Below, piece after piece: positions 46,270 through 64,000 of a stretch of 64,000 nucleotides of DNA. A program made the position numbers and the translations under genes. The stretch comes from Azolla caroliniana (lineage: Eukaryota; Plantae; Polypodiophyta). Numbering within the stretch: the first letter of the stretch is position 1; each line of letters begins with the position of its first letter. The stretch spans positions 4,650,001-4,714,000 of the forward strand of contig JBHGNT010000009.1 in the NCBI GenBank assembly GCA_043228905.1, read 5' to 3'. The notes under the pieces were generated by a model. That model saw only the letters and a list, made by a program, of their open reading frames with translations, ran no database searches and was not told the DNA's origin.

Positions 46270-46745
46270 GTATGTATGTATTGCTATGCCTGAATGTATG
46301 TATCATGTATGTATTGCTGTGTGTGTATGTATGTATGTATGTATTGCTATGTCTGAATGTATGTATCATGTATGTATTGCTATGTGTGTATGTATGTATG
46401 TATTGCTATGTGTGTATGTATGTATGTATCATGTATGTATTGCTATGTGTGTATGTATGTATGTATGTATTGCTATGTCTGAATGTATGTATCATGTATG
46501 TATTGCTATGTGTGTATGTATGTATGTATGTATTGCTATGTGTGTATGTATGTATGTATCATGTATGTATTGCTATGTGTGTATGTATGTATGTATGTAT
46601 TGCTATGTGTGTATGTATGTTTGTATTGCTATGTGTGTATGTATGTATGTATTGCTATGTGTGTGTGTATGTATGTATGTATGTATGTATTGCTATGTGT
46701 GTATGTATGTATGATAAGTATATGTATGTATGTATGTATGGATGG
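46270..46745. repeat. Compound (TATG)n array punctuated by TATTGCTATGTG units
   Basis: Directly visible. It produces spurious C/M/V/Y-rich ORFs. Confidence 0.95.
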
Positions 46746-48564
46746 ATGGGGACCAAAACATGAGAAGGACAAAGCAGCCTGTTTTTTTTCAATGTTTTGT
46801 GTGCTGCTACTGATGATGATGAGGATGCTGCTGCTGATGATGAAGATGGTGACGATGAATGGTGTGTTGCTTTGTGTCTTCTAGAAAGAAGAAGAAGAAG
46901 TAAAGAAGGCATATGCTCTCATGTCAACATCAAAATAAGCAGCATATGTCGCTTAGCTATGGCATTTCATCCAATAGAAACTCTAACCCTAAAAAGAAGA
47001 AAGACGAACAATAAAGAGGAGGGAAGAAGAAGAAGAAGAAGAAGAAGAAGAAGAACGGGTGGTGTGTGTATGTGTGACCCACCTCTTCCTTTTAAAGAAG
47101 AGAGAGAGAGAGAGAAGGACAAAAAAGAAGAAGGATGGAAGGTGGAAAAGAACAGTATATGTGTTTGTTTTCTGATCTTCTCACCTCTTGCAAGCTCTCC
47201 CATTTATTCTTTTATCATCCAGGTATGCCATCTCTGTCTTTGACCCTGTTCTTCTTCTTCTTCTTCTTCTTCTTCTTCTTCTTCTATGTGTTTGCCTCTG
47301 TTTTATTGTGTTTTGGCTCCATTCTATTCTCTGTCTCCGCTCTGCTTATATAGTATGTTTCCTCTGTTTTTGCTGTTTATCTAGTATCTTTCCTCTGTTT
47401 AGTGACATAAAATGAAGGAGGATTAGGCTTATATAATTAAGAATTTTCTGCTTGAACGGGATTCATTGAGGGGATTAGTTGATTGTTTAGCATTTATATA
47501 AGAATAATGAATACTTAAATTGTTTAAAGCAGTCTAATTTGTAGTTATCTTTTTTATTCTTAATACAGTGTAATTAATCAAGAAGGATTAGGATTTTGTC
47601 TAACATGCATACAGTGTGCCTAACAGTCTTTTTTATAGCCTTAATGCTGTGTAATTAATAGTTAACTTTCTAGGCTTAATACAGTATTTTTAAACTTTCT
47701 CTATTTTCTTCCCTTGGCGCAGAGTAGAGATCAATCAAAGAGGCTTAAGTTAAGTCAACACTCATATGTGGTTAGTCTTAACATTTATGTTACTATCGTT
47801 ATCAATTTGTTCAGCTATTTTGATGATGATAATAATTTAATTGAATTTCTAATTCTGATATATCAGCTTGTCTCAGAGAGAGACCGCGTCCAAAGATCAA
47901 CAAGAGTGGTTATGTGAAACCTGAGAGAAAACCTAAGAAAGTATAAAAAGGCAATCTGTAAGTATGTATCTTATGAGTAGATTTCCCTTTTTAGAGTAAT
48001 TTTCATTATTATTGAGGATTCTTAATCTGAAGAACCACTTTCTAAGTGTAAATTATCTATTCATTTAGGGATCTTAGAAATATTAATATGATATGACCTT
48101 TTCTATCAATTCTATCAAAACAAGCACTTTCTTCATCGTGGACTCTTTAATAATAGCATATTGATCTTCTTGTTCGAGAGACAGTGTTTTGTTTGAAGTT
48201 TATATCAGTTTTCCTAATCAGAGAAGAGATTGGAATGGATTTGTTCACTAATTTCTCGATGTCAAGCTCATTAATGGAAACAATCCTACAAAGTTCTAAG
48301 AAGAAAACTTATTTGTATTGCTTTCAAATTCGTTAGAAAAAGAGAGGTAGCTGTATTATAGTCCTCAGGAAGCCAAGATAAGAAGAAGAAGAATCTCTTA
48401 GATGAAGAAGAAAATCTTTCGAGCCATAATTTTGGGATTTCAATAGAATGAACAATCTATGCATATAAATCACCCATCCTCAATCTATGCATACGCTACT
48501 CTCCTCTGGACACCAAACTGAACTACTTCTTTGTTATTGCTTTTATTTCAAAAGAGATCTTTCA

Positions 48565-51135
48565 ATGGAGAATTACGAAGAGGTTAAAGAGATAGGTTCA
48601 GGCAACTTCGGTGTTGCTCATTTGATGCGAAATAAGAGAACACATGAACTTGTTGCGGTTAAATATCTTTGCCGTGGCCCCAAGGTGATACATTGATGCA
48701 ATCTATGTAGTCAATATATACTTGGATATAGATGCATTGCAAAGTTGGAACTTTTCTTGTTTTTCTTTTATAAGATTGATAAGGTAAAGTGGATATCATT
48801 TTTTCTTTTGTTTTTGTTAAGATTGATGAGAATGTTCACAGAGAGATTATCAATCATCGGTCCTTGCGACATGCAAATATAATCCGCTTTAAAGAGGTGA
48901 ATTTTTCTTTTGAGAGATGCAGTTACCATTGATTAATTTTTTGATCTAGCAAATCCCTTAAAAAACATTCCTTAAAATGGAAAGTTCAGGTATTTCTTAC
49001 ACCAACACATTTAGCAATTGTCATGGAGTATGCAGCTGGTGGAGAGTTATTTCAGAAAATTTGTAATTCTGGCCGGTTCACAGAAGATGAGGTTTGTCAT
49101 TATATAAAACTTCTTCAAAACAAATTAATGCTAACACATTTGATCTATTGTTAAATGTTAATCTCGTTTGTTGCATGTATAGGCAAGATACTATTTTCAG
49201 CAGCTAATTATGGGAGTCAATTATTGCCATGATATGGTATTGTATTTTGGTGCTTGTTATCATAGCTAGTAATGGTTTTGCATATTACATGTGCTCTAAT
49301 TGTTTTTTTATATATTTGGTAGTTTGGTTAATAAAGCTAATTGATGTTCTTTTGAGCATTAATTAAATACTCAAATTTCATTTTTTTATGTGACCAGAGA
49401 ATCTGTCATCGAGACTTAAAGCTAGAAAACATATTACTCGATGGAAGCCAAGCACCACGGATCAAAATTTGTGACTTTGGTTACTCCAAGGTGATTTTTT
49501 TTGTTCCAAGTCCAAAAAAATCTAAAATTAATATATACTTAGTGGTTTTCCTTAGTAGTTTATCCAATATATATACATGTGTGTGTGTGTGTGTGTGTGT
49601 ATGGTTAACGGTCTATACATACATACATATATATATAATATATATAACTGATGCTCATTGGACTTCTCTTTTGCAGTCATCAATGCGACATTCACAACCA
49701 AATTCAGCAGTGGGAACACCTGCTTATATTGCCCCTGAAGTCCTATTGCGAAAAGGGTATAATGGAAAGGTAAGCTCTAATATATATACATGAGAAAATT
49801 TACCAAGAAGCATATAACCAAATGTTGCCAACAAAGCATTAATTAAGAACCCAAAGAAGCATTTGACTGTATTGTGAACAAAGAATATTAATGGCACATA
49901 AGCATTATATGTGAAGAGTTGCCCATCGGAAAATTCAAGTGTGCTCTATGAGTTATGAGTTGGTCTTGGCTTCTTTCTTTTTTGTTCTTTGTAGTGATGA
50001 TGTGACCCTAGTATCTGCACTTCTATAAGTCTTTTTTTGCTATACATCAATATAATACAATGCCATTTATGAAAAGAAAGAAGGCTGAAAACATTATTCT
50101 GAAAGTGAAATAAAGACTGTTAAGAAGTTTTGAATTTAATGTGGCCAAAAATTATTGCAGATTGCTGATGTTTGGTCATGCGGCGTGACACTTTATGTTA
50201 TGTTGGTTGGATCCTATCCATTTGAAGACCCTCTAGATCCTAATAATTTCAGAAAAAGCATTACTGTAAGTAGTCAAATACATTTATGAGATTATTAACC
50301 TTTATTTTCTTTTTCTTTTTTTATTTCTTTTCATTAATTGTAACTTAAGTGTACCACATTTAATACAAAACTAGCGGATTATGAAAGCACAATATACAAT
50401 CCCGGAGTATGTTCGAATATCATCTGAATGTCGCAATATACTTGCAAGGATTTTAGTGGTTAATCCGGTGAAGGTAAGAGACTTTCTCTATACTTATTTT
50501 GGGCCCAAAGAAATAGACAAATGAGAATTTTCACAAGGTAAAATTTTTATTAACAGGATTTTGTTCCACATCTAGAGATTTGATTCTAAAACAGCCTCAG
50601 AAACATGCTGAATGTGCATAGACTTTTTTGGTCCATCTAGAAGCTCAAAAAAACATGATATAAATTGTTTAATTTGATTTTCTCCTTCAGCTAAATACTT
50701 TTTAAATATACCAACCACAATATGAACTGTATTAAAAAAGTGGGTAAAGTCATATTTTAACATTTCGCATTCTATAAAACTCATTGATATTCACATGCAT
50801 TTGCAAAAAGCAATACATACTAGTTAGGACTACAAATGACATGGCTTCTTAACATGCAGAGGATAACAATCCCGGAGATTAAGAACCATCCTTGGTTTCG
50901 GAAAAATTTGCCAAGGGACCTTGGGTTTGCATCAACCAATACTTATGATGATATTTTGCAAAGTGAGGAAGATATCATGAAAATAGTAAATGAGGCAAAG
51001 GTTCCATCATTACCAAAACTGTCTGATCCTTATGAACTTGAAGACGTTGAATTCGATATTGGCGAAGGTAGTGGAGGATTTATAATGCAAGAGTATGGTA
51101 TAGAAGATTATGCAGATGATCGATTAAATTTCTAG
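48565..51135 (+). CDS. SnRK2: SNF1-related protein kinase 2 (SnRK2/SAPK family), 9 coding exons, 338 aa
   Basis: GT-AG exons 48565-48684, 48822-48896, 48990-49091, 49183-49236, 49398-49490, 49677-49769, 50161-50265, 50375-50473, 50860-51135. Sizes 120/75/102/54/93/93/105/99/276 fit the typical SnRK2 pattern. Motifs [33 protein letters not shown], SnRK2 box [13 protein letters not shown] and an acidic tail. Confidence 0.95.
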
Positions 51136-51939
51136 ATTTTGCTAGAATGTAAATCACTCCATTTGCATGTATATTTTGTCTATGAAAATCCAGAACATTT
51201 ATAGTGGTTGCAAATTTCAAATTGGTTTTCTTGTATTAGTGAGTGGTTCTGTCATTGCTTGCATTTTAATCTTTGATTACTAGATATTTAGAATATATGA
51301 AAACCAAGTTGTATTCTCCAACCTTTTGAAGTGGTAGTTCCCCCTAACTCGTATTCATTGATGAGAAATGTATTATATGGTAAATTTATATATGCAGAAA
51401 CCCAATTTCCAATACTACCTAGTTATACATTACGGTACACTTCATAAAAATATGTTAGAACCCATATTCTGATAAAGTGAGTTGAAACCATGCACATGTG
51501 ATGTGAATAACCCTTATGCAAAATGCAAAACAACATTTCAAAGAAATTCGATTTCATAGTGAGAATGCCTTTTATGTTGCTGTTGTAATAATATAAGCAA
51601 AGAATAAATTATTATTCATCCAAAGGCTCTTATGGTTCATTGTTTTGATTATATGACCCTCCATCCACATTTACGTCTTTACAAACTAAACATAGTGTAT
51701 GATGGAGAATACAAGTCTTTTGTTGTCTTTTTATCTGAAAAATAATCCATTATTCTTGAACCTCAAGCATAACGCACTTGATGCACTGGTCTCTTGTCTT
51801 TGGGATGCAACTCTTTTATTTTCTTTTGTATATATCCTCACCGCAAAAGAACAAAATAGAGAACTCCAACTGAACTGAATCCCACTCCCAAAGTCTACCT
51901 TTACTGCGTTAAGGATATCTCGTGCTACATGGAAGAAGA

Positions 51940-57865
<5,926 letters not shown>

Positions 57866-58098
57866 TGTCTCTCTGACGACGTCTCCGAGATCTCAGCTAA
57901 AAAAACAAACAATGGGGGATAGATAATACGCCCAGAAAATTGAGAACCTGGCACCCGGTCTATGCAGTCAAGAGCTTCTTCCTTTCTCGCTGTCTCTGTG
58001 CAGGGTCCGTCGCTTTATCTGAGGGCGATAAAGCACACATCCTTCTGAATCCTTGTCCAGTAGCTAGCTAGCGAGCTACCTCTAAATCTGTCTGTCAG

Positions 58099-58103
58099 AT
58101 ACA

Positions 58104-58134
<31 letters not shown>

Positions 58135-58363
58135 GTAGATAGATAGGCAGCTTCTCTGCTACCCAATTCTGTAAGACTGTATATGTATACGTATATGTAT
58201 ATGTATACGTATATGTATACGTATATGTATATGTATACGTATATGTATACGTATATGTATACGTATATGTATATGTATATGTATAATGTATATGTACATG
58301 CACATGTATATGTATATGCACATGTATATGTATATGCACATGTATATGTATATGTACATGTAG

Positions 58364-58442
<79 letters not shown>
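58099..58442. repeat. (ATAC)n and (TATATG/TATACG)n microsatellite block upstream of AlaAT
   Basis: Directly visible. Source of spurious YT/YI/HI ORFs. Confidence 0.95.
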
Positions 58443-58846
58443 CAGACATACATAAATGGCATACCATGGATTTTGAAGCCAACTAAAACCTTCTAGCCTT
58501 TGTTTGTTATTCTGAATCCTTACCTTATCCAATATGTATGTATGTATGTGCCTCTGAGCTTTGTCTGTCATATAGATGGGCAGTTTTGTGTGCACATGTA
58601 TATGTACAGACATACATAAATGGCATACCATGGATTTTGAAGCCAACTAAAACCTTCTAGCCTTTGTTTGTCATCCTGAATCCTTACCTTATCCGGTATG
58701 TATGTATGTATGTGGCTCTGAGTTTTATCTCTCAGATAGATGGGCAATTTTGTGTGCGCTTGCCCAATTCTGTATATACGGATATGTATATGTAATATGT
58801 ATGAATGGGATACCATGGATTTTGAAGCTAACTAAAGCCTTCTAGT
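58441..58846. repeat. ~164-200-bp tandem repeat, two full copies plus a partial third
   Basis: TACAGACATACATAAATGGCATACCATGGATTTTGAAGC at 58441 and 58605. The core ATACCATGGATTTTGAAGC recurs at ~58810. Confidence 0.85.
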
Positions 58847-59499
58847 TTTTGTTCCCCAGTTCAAGTCTCGTGCGATGCAGATGGAGATGCAGGTGCCTTT
58901 CATTTTGTTTGTTTGTTTGTGTGTGTGTGTGTCATGCTTATGCGAACACATTACGATCACATCCCGTATACATATCTTTCATTTTGTTTGTTGTGTGTGT
59001 GTGTGTGTGTGTCTGTGATGCTTATGAGAACACATTACGACCACATATTGTAGACTCTACCCTGCATGCCAGTCCCGCATGGACTCTAGCATCCTCAGAT
59101 CCCAAGTCCCAAGTCTCATGCAATCTGCATTTCTTCTTCTTCTTCTTTTTCTTCTCATGCTTTGTTCCTACTACTATTGGAGTGCATTGTAAGCACATCC
59201 TCGTCAACTTTGTATGTGGTCTCGCGCCCCATGTCTTGTTGCATACGTGAAGTGAGTTGAGCATCTCGAGGCATGTGTCATGCACATGCATTGTAAGTGT
59301 GTTATGTCCGAATTATTGTGTTTTAGTGAGGTTTGCATTCTCGAGGTCGTTGACGTACATCTACATAGTTGAGTGTATTTTGGTAAGTGAAGTTTCGGCC
59401 TCTGCATTCTCCACATTGCTTGAACAAATCACAACTTACCACTAATTATGAGACTAATTACACAATATATATTATTCAATGAGCAATGTTGACACAATT

Positions 59500-60800
59500 T
59501 CACAAGAACCCATCTGTTGATGATGAGCATGCTTCAACATCATAGCATTTATTGTGTTGGTGGTGGGGAATGTGCCATGACTTGCGGCCGTGTACATCAT
59601 CCCCCTTCAAATGATGCATAAAGAAGTCTACCTCGGATGAGAATTTTATTCTAACAACCTTGTCCATAATGCTAGTTGAGAGGGATTTTTGAATGGTGAC
59701 AAGGCATTTCAAGTATCTTATATGAGTGAACCAACATGGATAATTTGAAATGTGTCAATGATTGATTTCAGGGTTCTTGGTTTTGCATCACATATGCATT
59801 CCCCATGTACATTGTTTTGATAAATAATGGGTTCGTGGTGCTAATGTTATGTTTGGAGCAAGAGATGACAATCTAGTACAATGTTGTATTTATTAAGATA
59901 TGCATTACAATAAGTTGATGACAAACTTTGTGCTCAAATCTATATTGATGTTCTAACAATAGCGGGGTCAAGTTCAAGTGGTCTATTGAGGTTCCCATGT
60001 CATCCCTCATCTCTAGATACATCGTTATGGACATATACACTCCCATGTGATAAAGATCAATGCAATTGATGTACATGAGGCATGGCCCACGTACAAATTC
60101 CTAATCCCTCCTTTGCCAACCTCACTACCATGAACCGATTATTACAACAAGGAATGATTGTCACCCCATTTGTACTGTAGATTGCCCCCATCAATCTTGT
60201 GATTCCTCATTCTATACCAATCTACCTCATTTGTAACCTTGGTCAAATTTGGAATTGGATATTTCAAAGTTGGCATTTCAAGCAACAGAGACCATATAGC
60301 AAGGTAATTTCTAGGGATTTGAAACCTTGTCCTACTTGTTCAAAAAGCCACTATTTTTCTTTGGGTTCCCAACGTGGAATCGTGTACATTAACCAAGCCC
60401 AAGTGTGCCATATGGCTAAAGTAGGGTATAAGAGAATGCTTATGTTCCCATCCCAAAAGATGAGATATCACTAGCAAAAATGATACCTTTTTTCTCAATA
60501 ACGTAAGTGAAATTTTCTGTCTATGGTTATTCTCTCTCAAACATAACCTTAAGAAAAGAGAATATTTGAGCCACCACATGTTCATATAGATTTAAATTTG
60601 TTGTGCCACCAAATATTGGTAGAGTACAAATAAGTGATCATGCTACCCATGTATGGCATGATCTTTCTTTCCCCTTCCATTATATGGACCACTTTTAGAC
60701 TAACATAATCCTTGCACAAATTTCACTCAAAGTCACAACATGCATTCTTAATTGCAACAATCATGTAAAGTTCGTGAACATTGAGAGTGGCAAAATCAGC
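59500..60800 (-). mobile_element. Possible highly degenerate L1-type LINE ORF2 remnant
   Basis: Only weak motif traces (KW...AKEGLGI near 60095-60175, resembling W...GGLG). No long ORF. Boundaries are approximate. Confidence 0.25.
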
Positions 60801-61236
60801 AAAATTAGTAAAGCTCCCACAAATGTAAACCACTTTATCCCTAATAAACGTGTGCGATCCACACTCCACAATTGATAACCAAGACAATACAATTTAATAA
60901 AATGTTTATAAAATGGATAGTTAGGACGTCCACACCTATCTAGCATGTGTTATTGGGTGGGTTTCCCTATTTATAGAAGAAGATGGTTTTGTAGGTTGGT
61001 GTAACGTATGTTATATAATGTGTGAAAATTGAGTCTTCACATCTTTCCCAAATCACAATACATTAGCATTGTGGAAAAAACCTCATTCATTGAGGAATCT
61101 ATTGACGCATTGTGAAGATATCTCACATACATGCATAAACTAAGATTTTTCTTTTATGTTGTCGTGAAGCTAAGGTGCAATTGTGACACACGATAGTGAT
61201 CTTTATGACAACGTGTTTCACATGCAATCTGAGTTA

Positions 61237-61510
61237 TAGATAGATAGAATTTATTATCATCCTTAAAGGTTAAAGATGACCTATGAGACCAAAATTATAA
61301 ATTTTTCATGTAATACATGTGAGAGTGAGTAGCAACTCTTGTTGTTCAATAAGTTTACCAATGAATGCCGTAATACATGAAAGGATTGGGTTGGGTTGAA
61401 GGTGTGTGGGAAGCATAGTCGAATATGATGAAAGGTGGAGCATTGTATCAATGTATGATACTCCGACTCCTGAACTTGTTTGGGGGAAAGCATGCATAGT
61501 CATATAGTCT
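61237..61510 (-). mobile_element. 5'-truncated LINE 3' end (RTE/RTE-X-like)
   Basis: ESEYHTLIQCSTFHHIR resembles the C-terminal zinc finger of non-LTR ORF2. It is followed by AATAAA (61255-61250) and a (TCTA)3 tail (61248-61237). Confidence 0.55.
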
Positions 61511-64000
61511 CATCATCTATGATCTAACATTGCTAACAACCATTTTTTCCCTAAAAGAATATCCTTCCATTAGTTAGGAAAAGCCAAATCGGCTACAACA
61601 TTTAAATTATAGATGGAAGGAAACCAAAAGACTTCCAAAAACATTGTTAACCACCTCTTTCTGAACAAAAAACCAAATTGAAGTAAAGGTAAAGTTATTG
61701 GATAGAGGAACTCGTTCCTCTCGACTACCCTCAAGCTAGTCTTCTGACATAATTGGTCTATGAAGGTAAAGTTATTGAAAGCCTCACGTGCTCAACTGGT
61801 ATTTCACGACTTTAGTCTTCTGACATAATTTGTCTATGAAGGTAGCTAGGCTTCATATTTATACATTTTCCCAGTCCCCTTGAATAGGTGTACCTTTTTA
61901 TTAAGAGACTCTCCATCCATTTGTTGTCAAGTTCATTATAGTGCATGCACCTATCATCCCATAATACTAAAAAAAAGGCACATATTTTATCTAAGCTTGA
62001 ACCCACCCTTTCCAACACAGTTCTCCAAGATTCCAAGTTGATCGGGTACTGGTCTCCTTTCCATAATCCAAATCCTCCAAAATATTGGTATGTGATATGA
62101 GCTTCTACTTCTTGTTTCCAAGAAAAGATACTACATTAGTATTAAGAAACGTCGTAAGGTTATACACGAAATATGTACATATAAGTAATTACCCCCGTTT
62201 TTTTTTACCAAGGTTAAGTTATAATTATTGACTTTAATAAATTATTTTCCATAGAGTAAAACCACTCCCCCTTGTCAAAAAATCACCTCTAAAATATACA
62301 TTTGTCCTGTTTAGCATGAAACTCCAAACATTGTTGTAATTCTGCCCATTTAGTGTTATCCAAATAACCTCTTAGGTTATGCACAAACTCTATCCAAATC
62401 TTGATAATTGTATGAGCAAACCTTTCTGTCACATTTTGAAATACCTTCAAGCACACGCCCTTCCAAATATATCAAATCATATTACTACTTAAAAATTTTC
62501 ATATAATATATCTCAGTTTTACTAGTCGGCGTTTGTGGATTCAGGGGTATAGTTGTTTTTTGCATTAGACCATGTCGAGAGAAAGAGCATCTGCAACATC
62601 CTCTTGCTCGATATGACCTTCTTTTTTAGTGTCTTGATATGCTATGATGTGTACTTTGAATGGGATTATATGAGCTTATGTGGTATTTGAATGTTTTTAT
62701 ATGTCATATGGTTATTTGACAAGGTTTCCATGCTATGCTGTTTCCTTTTTATGGTTTTACATGGTACCGAGGTTTGAAATATCTTTATATTGTATGAGGA
62801 TTTTGAGTAGTTATAGGTTTAAAGAGTTTGTTTAAATGAATTTATGTGATGTGTACATATATCGGTGGATGAATGTGTTATGAGGTTGTCTATGGAATGT
62901 TTTTTAATGTGTTCTTGGTGGACTCTATGTGTTATGATTCTCATGTATTTGAATAAATTGGCATTGTCTGCTATTTAAAATTGTTCTACCCTTGAACTTG
63001 CAACTCAAAGTGACTTTTTAAAGCTTAAGCTTAAGCTTATTGTGGAGTGGCTCCTCAACCTTTTTAGTCTTTTGTTTACATGGAGGGGTGAGTGTGATAT
63101 ATAGTGTTTATCATTGTGAGTGTGAAGTAAAATGCTTTCATCCTTAGTGCAACAATTTTTTACACTTTGATGTTATTCTTACTCCATCTTGATTATTTTC
63201 TCTAAGAAATCAAGGAGATTCATATGGATTAGTAATATTTGAGGACGATATTTCAAGGGCGGCTTCTCCCGGAAACCTCCATTGAACAAAATGGTGAGGT
63301 CCTTATCTAAATGCAAACAATTAATCATCGGCGAAATTGAGTTAATTCTTTACTTAGTAAGAATGAATACAAGCCCACGCACAAACAACATAAATTAGGT
63401 CAGTCAAATTCTTTTGGCTCTAGTTTAAGAATATAGGGATAAGTTATAACAATGCATCGCAACATTCTAACGTGCTAACAAAACCTTATATTCCAACAAT
63501 CTTATGTGTTTCGCATTCCAAATAAGAAGAAAAACAACTACATCTCGAGCCCTGTGTTTTAAAGAAATTATGGAGACAAACTTTTCTAGTTTTCTTGAAT
63601 ATCAAAGTGTTGTAAATGTCCATCGTACACGTTTTTCTTATCATTAAATGAAATCAGTTTTGAATTTCCCGAGGTCACATGCTACTTCGTTGTTATCTTG
63701 TTCCTAACAGTAAAATATTTGATAATATGGTATGTCTTTCAGAGGGTTTGTTCCACAAAAGTTTTTGCCCACAGAAGACTTTTTGAAATATACGAGTTAG
63801 TGCTCTTGTAAGGGAATCTTGGTTGAAATGCATAAAAATTACACCTTGGAACATGTATTTGTTCTTGTAATGTGATACCTCGCACCAAGTCCAAAAATGG
63901 AAGAATATCAAAGATGCCCCACCCTCCCCCTCTTGGGGATACTCAAGGGATGTTCTACCATAGTTTTGCTTGACCATTGATAATTGGCGTATACACCCAC

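Noticed and set aside
46211-46912. Cys/Met/Val/Tyr-rich ORFs
   Set aside because: Translations of the (TATG)n array.
48487-48564. 26-aa N-terminal extension of SnRK2 from an upstream in-frame ATG
   Set aside because: The region looks like a pyrimidine tract and splice acceptor of a 5' UTR intron, and exon 1 is exactly the canonical 120 nt from 48565. It cannot be fully excluded without transcripts.
58082-58646. YT/YI/HI-repeat ORFs
   Set aside because: Translations of hexanucleotide microsatellites.

Overview
Eukaryotic plant nuclear DNA. A non-seed plant such as a fern is my inference from the retroelement types and microsatellite-rich introns. Bases 1-40364 are a nested LTR-retrotransposon cluster. 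It contains an Athila/Tat-type Ty3/gypsy family (fragment A 1-583, solo LTR 4054-4443, full element C 6604-16788 with a ~1030-codon extra ORF) and several members of a tRNA-Trp-primed, fungal Ylt1-like Ty3/gypsy family (B, D, E, F and the ORF-intact element I 30373-38245). It also contains two Tnt1/Tork-like Copia elements (G 18444-23859, H 27164-40364) and a 424-bp solo LTR. Bases 40365-64000 are AT-rich. They hold a hAT MITE, microsatellite arrays, a 9-exon SnRK2 kinase gene (+, 48565-51135) convergent with a 15-exon alanine aminotransferase gene (-, 57865-51940), and LINE remnants. Strongest unusual signals: (i) element C has no polypurine tract and instead carries a tRNA-Arg 3'-half mimic (an inverted PBS) at that position; (ii) tRNA-like Pol III A-box/B-box cassettes sit antisense in the U3 of two different LTR families; (iii) a -1 frameshift signal (G_GAU_UUU, 5-nt spacer, predicted pseudoknot) lies between Gag-protease and RT in element I, which also has a 4-bp target duplication. 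All coordinates were read by eye and no database searches were run. Family assignments and tRNA matches are from recalled knowledge and need checking.
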